The notes under the pieces: model-generated | What the model saw: only the letters and a program-made list of their open reading frames with translations | Databases searched by the model: none | What the model was told of the DNA's origin: nothing | In this document: positions 11,181 to 20,000 of the stretch, one piece after another | Numbering within the stretch: the first letter of the stretch is position 1 | Layout: every line of letters begins with the position of its first letter | Translations under genes and position numbers: made by a program | From: Atractiella rhizophila | Lineage: Eukaryota | NCBI GenBank assembly: GCA_021432655.1 | Contig: MU271322.1 | Span: 57,296 to 77,295 of the forward strand | Reading direction: 5' to 3' | Length of the DNA stretch: 20,000 bases

Positions 11181-13503
11181 ATGTCAGTCACGTCTTCAAC
11201 TCCAGGCTGGAAATTAGGTCACCCGCCATTTCACGACGAAATTGCTGGAGGAGACAATGCGTTACCACCCAACGGTTTAGAATTGGTGCAAGCTCACTGG
11301 TTCGTTAGGCATGGAGAGAGGACACGTGAGTATCTGTCCATTTAGAGTCTTGGGAAATGTCAGACCTTCTTTAAAGTCGACGAGGAAACACTGTCTTTTT
11401 AGAGGACCCGTGTACAAGCTTTCAGGCAAGTAGGTACGGAGCTAATTAGTTTTCAAGAATATACAACCCAAGGCGAAAGATACAGCCTGATGCCGACGTT
11501 CTAGAACGTTTGTGAGGGATGTTATTGATATCACATCTCGGCCAGCTGTATTTCGGCAGTTGCCTTGAATTCCTTTTACAACCTTCTTACATCTCCTATC
11601 ATTCCTACATACGAGCAAAGCTTTGTTTAAATTTGCGGCCTCAAATCTGTTGTAGAAAGATTTTTTAAAATTTTGCGATAAGTACCACAACATGTCAGGT
11701 CCACGTCTTCATGCCTTGTGCATACTTTCTGATGAGTTGTGGACCGTTACAGTTGTGGAAGAAAGATGAATACCGATTTCAGAGTTGAAGCCCAGGTGAA
11801 AATCGACTAACCTTCGACAGAAGGTGAAAGATTTTCCTGATTCTGGAACTTCTTAGTTAAACTTCGGACATCTCTTTGCTTTCTCGTCTTGAGTTGCTGG
11901 GAAAGATGTGAAAAAGGAAGCGCGCTGATGTTATTTTTTCGCATGAAAAGCCGTACGACCTCGACCTCTCCTCGCCTATCGAGCAGGCCTTCCTCAGCGA
12001 TACAACCTTTGTCATCTTGGCCGCAAATTCCATGCAGCAGTATTAGATTGGGACGAGAGTGGTGAGAATGGTTCAGTGGCTGTAGGTCCGTTCCTTGACT
12101 GCTCCTGGATCCTCCAGCGAAACATGATCCTAACAGGTCCGGACAAACATAGGTGCAAGGATACCAGCCAATCCAACGACTGGTGGGACGACAAGATGAA
12201 AGCGGAGGGAACAACTCCCGCATTGGTGACGAGGGAGAATGGTGTGCTATGCCTTGAACTCCCGCATTTCGGCGACGCTAACTGCGACTGGCATTGAAGC
12301 CATTGGGGCGAATTGACAGATGTCGGACGGATGAGCACTCGCCGCTTGGGAGAGGCCTTACGAAAGCTCTATGTCGATGAATTAGGCTTTCTGCCACCAG
12401 CAATTTCGGACGAGGGGATAGTAACCTTTCGCTCGACAGTGCGTGTTCGACACTCCTGTCTCATACCCAGTCTGACAGACTGAAATAGCCTATGCCTCGA
12501 ACGATAGAGTCTCTCCAACAGATTATCCGCGGCTTAGTCCCACATGAGCGTCAAGTGGAGGCGGGTTCGAGTTGGATTCCAAAAGTAGTCGTTCGGTATG
12601 TCTGAGACAATGTCCTCCTCATTCGAGAATATGGTGGCCGACGAATCGAGTTAGAGATCCGATGGAAGAAAGTTTATATCCGAATACCATCTGCGCAAAA
12701 CTAAGGAAAATGGAGAGCATGTATGCAAGCGCGGCTGCTCAGAAATGGGAACCTGAGCTAGCAAAGCTCGATGACAAGATCGCTAAATATACGGAAGGGT
12801 ATGTGCAGCCTCCTCTCCCTCAACACCTAATGACGTCGTCAATAGCCCGCTTCGAATTGACTCGTCACCTCGAGCATCAGGTGTGTTGGACACCATGGCT
12901 TGCTGCCGAGCACACGGCCTTCCCGTTCCTCCAGAATTCGAAGATCCCGTCATCCTTGAAACACTGGAGCGAGGGATTTCAGAAGAGTGGTTCGGTGGTT
13001 ACGACGCATCCCCAGAGTTCAAGAGGATTTCGATGGGGCGATTAGTTGGGGATCTACAGTCGACCCTTGAGCGAAAGATTGCAAACCGAGAGAAGAGGAC
13101 CGAGGATCCGTTGAAGGTTGCTGTTTACGCGCTGCATGATACAAGTATCTGCGGAATTCTTCACTCTCTTAACTGCTACGACAAAAAATGGCCAGCTTTC
13201 ACCTCTCACATAGGACTTGAACTATTTTCCCGCCCGCATTCATCAACGACTCAATCCTCATTCCTTTCTCATTTCATTCGCCCTTTCTCATCAACACCCG
13301 CGCAGGAATATTTTGTACGGGTACGATTCAACTCTAAACCGCTGAAGATACCAGCTTGTCAACCAAATGGGAAACATCTGGAGGGAAGTCAGGGATATGT
13401 CTGCACTTTTGAAGCCTTCAAAGAGGCCATCAAGGACGTCGTAATGACCGCGGAGGAGTGGGAGAAAGCGTGCTCCGGCGGCGTGGGAGGTCATCGTGGA
13501 TAA
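11181..13503 (+). CDS. Histidine acid phosphatase (branch 2 histidine phosphatase)
   Basis: Exon 1 (11181-11325, missed by the ORF track) encodes ...HWFVRHGERT, and Pro is completed across the 625-nt intron 11326-11950 to give RHGERTP. Downstream motifs: GECHWGELTDVGR, FRSTPMPRTIESLQ, ALHDTS (HD proton donor), WPAFTSHIGLELF. TAA at 13501-13503. Confidence 0.93.
11684..11873 (+). ncRNA. snR191: Box H/ACA snoRNA, snR191/U19 (SNORA74)-like, copy 1 (intron 1 of the phosphatase gene)
   Basis: Hairpin 1 has stems CCACAAC/GTTGTGG and GGTCCAC/GTGGACC with pocket GTCA + GTTAC. Hairpin 2 is closed by CCGA/TCGG with pocket AGAGT + TAGTTA. ACA at 11868-11870 plus 3 nt. The pockets are complementary to LSU rRNA helix 69 GUAACUAUGACUCU. 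Confidence 0.88.
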
Positions 13504-13865
13504 TGGTGGCATCTCAAAAACGACTCTCGTCACGGAGCCCCTTCTTGAGCAGTGCACTGAGTTGCCAGAAACGTCGACGAGCACGTTCCGGTTAGTCAAT
13601 CTAGGTTATGGGATGGACGTTTTGTTTGGACAACGAATGATTTGGTTACGTATTGCAAAGTGTCGTTTCACGTTATGTCAGCATCTCTCGCTCGTCAGGC
13701 ATAAACGGCGCTTTCTACCGCTTCACTACCCCCTCCTCCCTTTTGATACTCCATTTCGCTTCAATACATCGATTCGAAATGACAGATATGTCTCATGTGT
13801 TGGAGCACCGGATTGGTGTTGTCCTCCTTCCTATTGCCCCTGTGGAATTATTTTCTGGCGAGCAC

Positions 13866-14052
13866 ACCACAACATGTCAGGTCCACGTCTTCATGCCTTG
13901 TGCATACTTTCTGATGAGTTGTGGACCGTTACAGTTGTGGAAGATAATTTAAAACCGATTTCAGAGTTGAAGCCCAGGTGAAGTCGAATACCTCTTGAAA
14001 GGGGGAAAGAGCTTCTTGATTCTGGAACTTCTTAGTTAAACTTCGGACATCT
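13866..14052 (+). ncRNA. snR191: Box H/ACA snoRNA, snR191/U19 (SNORA74)-like, copy 2
   Basis: Near-identical to copy 1. Canonical H box AGATAA at 13942-13947 with a 14-nt 3' pocket arm, ACA at 14047-14049. Similarity to copy 1 stops exactly at ACA+3. Confidence 0.9.
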
Positions 14053-14370
14053 TTCATTGTCATCCTCCTTTACCGTTTTCTTTTCGGTTTCCAAAGAAAG
14101 AGACTGGTGACTCATGTGATCATTTTTAGACAGCTTCTCGCTCTGTGTGCTCACCTTTTCAGCTGGATGTTCTGACTGTCGTCTCAGTCTTGTCTCTTCG
14201 ATTTGCAGTGAAGTCCGTCATACGACGGCGTTGTCACTATGTGCACCATTTCTGGTTTCAATAGTTGCGTAGAAATAGCTGATGAGCTTTTCGAAGGCAG
14301 GCTGTCTAAAGCCGTCAGGAAGGATCTGTTTCGAACAGCTCTGTATTGTGTGTGAAGGATACGAGGATAA

Positions 14371-15698
14371 TTACAGCTGTTTAGCTCCTTTTCTGCGAAA
14401 AAGGAGTAGAGCTACTTCTCTTCCAAGCACGAACTCCTCATCCTCATCTTTTATTGACATTACCTCTTGAACTCTCCTAACCACTCTCTCGATGGGATCT
14501 CCGTCTGTGCCCACCAGAGACGGGTTTGCTACCTTCCATCTATGACAAGGTCCAATACTGTGACTGAGTTAGGTACGATCAATCATTCATATCGCGGCCT
14601 CACGTAAAGATGTTTTTCCTCTAAACACCCGTGATCTGCATGAGCAAAGTTACTCCGAATCAAGAAGTACTTGCCAACGTTTTCAGAGTGAACAGAGCTG
14701 GCATGAAGAAGGAGCCATCTTCTAAGTACATCTTTCCTTGTCTGTCAAATGCTCGACGATCTACAGATGTCCACGCTGTACGCAAAGGGAAGTCTTTAGT
14801 GGATGGAATAGAACTAAAGTTGATACCATTCCCTCACCTGAATCTGGATCAGGAAGTGGAAGATTATCGTAAAGTTTATTGATCACGTCGTTCCCTATTA
14901 CTTGGTGAGCAAGCTATTGATTCTATTGGACGGTGCAAGAACCTGGTGCATCGTGGTCTCTAAGCTCGTGCATAGATGCTTTAAGGTCGTCTGCCGTGGG
15001 AGCTGATGGCCACCTCTTCCGATCTAAACAAGAATCAGAGTGGATGTCTCTTACCTAAGGCGTTCTTACCAATGATGTAACCGCTGTAACACCATATGGC
15101 GAGCGTGCCTCCTGGCTTGAGGATGCGCGCCATTTCGTCGTACCAACGCGGTGGAAACCAATGAGCAGCAACCTGAAGTGCACAATGAATCATGCCACAT
15201 CGCTGGAGACGATCTTACAGAGGCCGCGACAAGGTCGACACTCGCGTCTTTAATGAAGGGTACGGCATCAGCGTGTCCCTGGCGAAAACTCAGGTTTGCT
15301 GGTGGACCTGTCGATCTTGCAGTTTCTAGCATGGTCTCGCTAGGATCCACTCCAATCACTTCCCTAAAGCTTCCTGAGAGGTCTATGGCCGCTTGACCCT
15401 ACCACGACAAATTATGGCATATTGTCTTTGGTTTTGGCGAAGCGTACAGGTCCACATCCTAGTCATTACATCGACAACCACTCAAGCTTGAACGTTTGAC
15501 GCACCTATATCGATGGCTACATTGTATTGTCCTCCTGATCGATTGTGAAATTCGAAAATATGATCATACAGTGCTTGAGGTGGCTGCGAAACATCATTGT
15601 TCCATTTTTAGTTCTCGGGGCAGGAAAATGCAAACCTTTGGACGATACTCTGCATAATCGCTGGTGGAATAAGCCTTGGAAGCAAAGGTGTCCGCCAT
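14371..15698 (-). CDS. Class I SAM-dependent methyltransferase (trans-aconitate methyltransferase/Crg1-like)
   Basis: MADTFASKAYSTSDYAEYRP..., motif I DIGCGPG rebuilt via the 11-nt exon 15448-15458, VIGVDPSETML, SVDLVAASVAAHWF, RILKPGGTLAIWCY, and C-terminal TIGPCHRW...DPIE...LLLFRRK. TAA at 14371-14373. Confidence 0.88.
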
Positions 15699-15897
15699 CC
15701 TGAAGCGCAATATTGTTATGGTGGTGGATTGCAATCTTCCCTCCCTGCGATTAATCTAGCCCGAATCTTTATCGGGCCGAATATTCCCCCCCCCTCATTA
15801 CCCCACATCACAACATCCTTGGCTCATCGATTCCCCAGGTTCAGAAAGTTCCTGTTGACCATCCTCTGCCTCTTGCACCAACGTCTACATCACCGAC

Positions 15898-17056
15898 ATG
15901 AGTTTCACATCTCAAAGACTGAGTGGAAAGGTTGCGATCGTAACTGGAGGGGCTAGCGAGTTGGGATTTGGAGGTTCCATAGCTCAGAGATTTGCGAACG
16001 AGGGATGCAAGAAAGTAATCATCACTGATGTGTGCCTTCGTCTTCTCCCCATGTGAACTTATGTGCTCATACATGGTTAGATCAACGAAGCAGGAGCTGA
16101 TGCAGTAACGAAACTCAATCCGGAAGTGATAGTTTTCAGGAAGGCAGATTGTACTAAAAAGGAGGAATGGAAGGAGCTCTTTTCTTGGATTGTTGAACAA
16201 TTTGGAGGAGCTGATATACTCGTGAGTTCCGGTCGTCCTTGTAGAAGCACTTCTCCCATTGGAACGTGGTTTGTAGGTGAACAACGCTGGTTGGTCATAT
16301 AAAAATAAACCCACCCTGGAAGTAACAGAAGATGAGTTTGAGAGAGTGATAAATGTCAATGTGCGTTTGAACTGTCCATATATTTCAAAACTCATAAGGT
16401 GAGCAGGTAAAGAGCATTTATTTGGGATGCAACGCCTTTATTGCCCATCGTTTGGAGCAAAAGAAGCCAGGATGCATAATCAATATCTCCAGGTCTACAT
16501 CCCAACCTCTTCTCTTAAGCGCACATACCAGCCTTAGTATTCTGACCAAAGCTTTCTCAGCGTCTCTGGAGTCCGTCCACGTCCCGGCCTCGTGTGGTAT
16601 GCTGCATCCAAAGCCAACGTCACCGTCGCAACCAAAGGGCTGGCAGCAGAATTTGGGCCGCACGGTATTCGGTAAGATCCTTTTCCTGCTTCACTGAACG
16701 AACCGCTGATGCTTGACGAAGTGTGAACTGCGTCTCGCCTCTCCTGACAGCTACCCGTAGGACCTTCCCCCCTTCCTTCCGGTATCTAGCCGTTCTCATC
16801 CTTCCACCGATGTAGCACTATTCGAGAACTTCGTCGGTGTCCCCCCAACACCTGAAAATCAGGCGGCTTTCCTCAGCAATGTACCTCTAGGAAGACTTGG
16901 GAAAACAACCGATATTTCAGGTTAGTACCTGGATACCTCCTTTTTAGATGTAGGTTCTGAAGATGCTCATCAGCTGCTTGCGCTTATCTCGCGTCTGACG
17001 ACGCTGAATTCGTAACGGGGACTGATCTTGTGGTGGATGGCGGCCGAGCGGTTTGA
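15898..17056 (+). CDS. Classical SDR oxidoreductase (FabG/TsaC-like), 7 introns
   Basis: GKVAIVTGGASELGFG, DILVNNAG, NISS, RPRPGLVWYAASK, IRVNCVSP, VPLGRLG, FVTGTDLVVDGGRAV*, all in frame after GT-AG splicing. Confidence 0.94.
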
Positions 17057-17964
17057 GGAGATCTACGATAAGCCAGCCCTATCTCGCCAATTTCGATGGC
17101 TCAAATTCCTACTGTGCCTGTCTTCTACGCATTTTCCCTCGCTCAACTTGAACAATAAATGAAAATATACAATGTCTGTATATCTTCAAGGATAGTGATA
17201 GGGACAGAGGAGTGGGACTGATTCTGCTAAGGTTTCTGAGTTTGAGTTGCCTGATGGGGACTCTATTCGGTCTAGGTAATTTCCAAAAATTCCATTTCTC
17301 TGTTGTCGGATGATATACGAAGCAGACTCCCTCTTTCCAATGGGTAGTGAGTCTCTCCCAGCAGCAGAATTGTGCACTCACTTGGTTTGCCTTACCATGG
17401 CTCAATTTACCTTACGATCATCTTGAATCAGAGCTGGCTTTATCTGCACCCATGGTTCATCACACGCAGTGTTAACGTATTGACGAACGAGAACCGCAGA
17501 ACTTCGCGTCGGTTACAACATTGGTGGCTCCTTCTGGAATCCTTAGTGACTGAATCCTAATATCGTCGATTTCTCAGCCTAGGCAAGAAGCTTCAAATTC
17601 GGCATTGTGCATTCCTGTGGCTGCCTAATCAGATGGGCCTAACGACGAACTTTATGCTGTTGTCCGACAGTCAGTGCTCTACCGCACTTTGGTATGAGAG
17701 ATGCAGGTGGCGATTCCAATGGGTCAAGCACGACGGGGTCTCGGACGGAATGGAGGTGCATCACAGACGAGCTTGTCATCATTTCCTGACACCCAAAACA
17801 TCTTGCTTCTTTAACCCCTTTCAAAGGGTTCAATTAGTAAGTATCTCCGAGAGGAAAGATCAGGAGAAGAAGGGCTAGCTTGTATAAAGCACGAGCGGAG
17901 TAAGGCAACTCAAGGCTAAAGTGTTAGAGGTACTACACCTTCCAACAACTTCAGCATTATCAAA

Positions 17965-19185
17965 ATGATTCTTTCTTCTGAGTCTTCTGCTCCTCTCGTC
18001 GCCCTCACTGGCATCACAGGCCACCAAGGCTCCTCAGTCGCTAACGCTCTCATCCAATCTCCTAAGCCATATCGGCTGCGCGGGTTTTCAAGAGATATTA
18101 CAAAACAAGCGAGCGTGGAATGGAAGGAGAAAGGCGTGCAGATGGTGGCGGTCAACTTGATCGTAGGTAACGAAGCAGCCGTGCGACAAGCGCTGGATGG
18201 GGCTGAGATTGTTTTCGTTTGTTGATATATTTCGTACTCGCTTCCGAAGGAGGAATGACAGGAGGAACAGCTCATGACAAACTTTTGGGAGCACTGGTCT
18301 TCTGAAAGGGTCGGGGTCTCCCTCCTCTTCTCTCCTCCTCAGCCGCAATTCTGATTGCCTCTTTTACTGGAATAAGGAAGTCCAAGAAGTCAAAATGGTC
18401 GTCAGCGTGGCTTACAGCCTGCCAACTCTGAAGTTCTTTGTCTGGTCCGGTCTTCCAAACTACAACAAGATTTCCAATGGCAAATAAACCCACGTCTTAC
18501 ACTTTGACGGGAAGGAAGAAGTTTCTGTTTTTCTCGCGGAGAAGTCTGCAGCTACTGGGATCCCCTACGCAGTAGTGCAGCCAGGAATGTACGCTGTCGT
18601 CCTTGTTGCACCGCTGCAATGGTTAATGGGAATGAGGGAACAGCTACATACACAGCTTCGTTGAAATGGTCAAGCCACGAGACGGCAAATTATCCTTTCC
18701 CACTGCACCAGACACACGAGTCCCGTTCTACGACATTCGAGAGTTTGGTCTCTTCGTGCAAGCTGCAATCGAGCAGCCGGAGAGAACTGGAACAATAATT
18801 AACGTATTCGCAGACGCACGATCACTCAAGGACGCTGCCAAAGACCTTGCAGAAGGCAAGTCTCTCCTTTACTCGCCATCATCTGTGCTCATAATCTTTT
18901 TGATGACAGTGACCGAAAGACCTTTTGAATATGTTCAAGTACCTGTCCGTGAAGGCGAACTCGCAAAGCGCTTCCCGGAACATGTCATGCTTGAAATGGA
19001 AGAGAACCTTGCGGTTTGGGACGAATTTGGCTGTATGTAATTGATATTCCCTTCTCCCACCTTTTCTGATTCTCTTATCCGTAGACTTCGGCACAAAATA
19101 CCCAGAGCGTAATGACGCTATGAAAGATACCAAGCTAACGACTTGGAAAGAATGGGTGACAGAAAACAAAGATCAATTTGCTTGA
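17965..19185 (+). pseudogene. NmrA-like atypical SDR gene interrupted by one in-frame TAA (18485-18487)
   Basis: GITGHQGSSV motif, LMTNFWEH, FVWSGLP...ISNGK*THVLHFDGK. Five intact introns, normal TGA at 19183-19185, TATA-like TATAAA at 17883. Family call is strong; pseudogene status depends on a single base. Confidence 0.75.
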
Positions 19186-19674
19186 TAATAAAGAGGTGAT
19201 AATGAACCTGAACGATTTTCTCACACCTTTTACGGAGTCAAAGTCGGCCACAATAAATGATTAAGCATGATTGTTCGACAAGTCACTAGGATGAATTCGT
19301 TTTGCTGGACTTTATCACAATTTGAAAGCTTGAGCTTTTACGTTGGGACATCTGGTCCTAGCATGGATGGGAACGTGGTTCGCGTCGAACATCATTAATA
19401 TACGCCAGTAATACCCTATTGTACTGTGACACTGGTAAGCGTGGTCTAAGGATCATTTTATATTCAATGTGCGAGTAAGTACAAGTTGCGCCACAAATAC
19501 AAACATACTTTACAGTATTCGATCGGACACCAACCATGCCTTGGAAACGTGGAGCAGGATCAACAGAAGACTGGACAATCTCCAATTCCAATGAAGGGGT
19601 GATCAATCGAGAATTCTTGTTTCTTCCTTGTCCACCACGATCGTCCACTGCAACTCAGGGCTGAGACGTACAAG

Positions 19675-20000
19675 ATGGGAAAAGTCAGGATTCAGGGTAT
19701 TCCTTCGTCCATGCAAGCTGCCGTGGTGCGTGAGGTGGGTCTTTAACAATCTCTTTCTATTTTGAGGAGTCGGTTGTTGACTTGACCCATGAGTAGCTGA
19801 GACGACCGTACTGTATAACTCAGGTAATATTCGTCGCAAAAGCACGGTCCATCATGTTGAGGCGTGCCGCAGATCCCGACTCCTACATATCTGAACGACC
19901 ATGAAATACTCATCAAGGTCGCTGTGTGCGTTCTGCCTCTTACCCTTACACGATTGATACGAGGGACTACGGCAGAGCTTCATTCTGTCACACGGATCTC
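19675..20000 (+). CDS. Zn-dependent alcohol dehydrogenase (MDR/GroES-like), 5' part, runs off the window
   Basis: Splicing three short GT-AG introns gives MGKVRIQGIPSSMQAAVVRE|LRRPYCITQ|IPTPTYLNDHEILIKVAV|ASFCHTDL, containing the CHTD catalytic zinc motif. Absent from the ORF track. Confidence 0.85.

Noticed and set aside
11729..11765. CTGATGAG...GAAA resembling a hammerhead ribozyme core within the repeat
   Set aside because: No stem II closing onto GAAA, the GAAA is absent in copy 2 (GATAA), and the region is fully explained by H/ACA hairpin 1.
11951..13503. Phosphatase appeared 5'-truncated (no RHG motif in the ORF track)
   Set aside because: RHGERT is in a short upstream exon (11181-11325) joined by a 625-nt intron.
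13496..13981. 161-aa and 99-aa ORFs downstream of the phosphatase
   Set aside because: Non-ATG starts, atypical composition, and they run through the snoRNA copy.
11684..14052. Direct repeats interpreted as LTRs or composite-transposon ends capturing a phosphatase
   Set aside because: No TG...CA ends, target-site duplication or transposase/RT. The phosphatase gene begins upstream of the first repeat, and homology ends exactly at ACA+3.
15841..16395. 184-aa minus-strand ORF
   Set aside because: Antisense to the well-supported SDR gene.
17405..17465. GTGATGA...CTGA on the minus strand resembling a C/D snoRNA
   Set aside because: Boxes only about 25 nt apart, no terminal D box or stem, and no convincing rRNA guide.
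1..20000. Prokaryotic-type systems (CRISPR arrays, operons, defence islands), tRNA or rRNA genes
   Set aside because: The sequence is eukaryotic with spliceosomal introns; no spaced repeat array, cloverleaf or rRNA sequence was seen.

Overview
Gene-dense, intron-rich fungal DNA with short (~45-60 nt) spliceosomal introns and micro-exons, consistent with a basidiomycete. The single-exon ORF track fragments the real genes, so I rebuilt the models by hand from splice sites and family motifs. Ten protein genes, in order: MARVEL-like 4-TM protein (-), ADP/ATP carrier (-), CsgA-like SDR (+), TAP-like alpha/beta-hydrolase peptidase (+), cytochrome c oxidase subunit VIa (-), histidine acid phosphatase (+), SAM methyltransferase (-), second SDR (+), NmrA-like gene with one premature TAA (+), and the 5' part of a Zn-dependent alcohol dehydrogenase (+). 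The main non-coding signal is a ~190-nt element present twice (11684-11873, 13866-14052). It folds as a box H/ACA snoRNA whose two pockets match LSU rRNA helix 69, making it a likely snR191/U19 (SNORA74) orthologue. One copy lies in the 625-nt first intron of the phosphatase gene; the other lies just past that gene's stop, with the same 80-nt spacing to a 3' splice site. The head-to-head COX6A gene also has an anomalous 482-nt first intron with strand-specific RNA stems and a candidate poison exon that I could not assign to a known family. At least four GC-AG introns and several micro-exons in catalytic motifs were also found. No database searches or folding programs were run.
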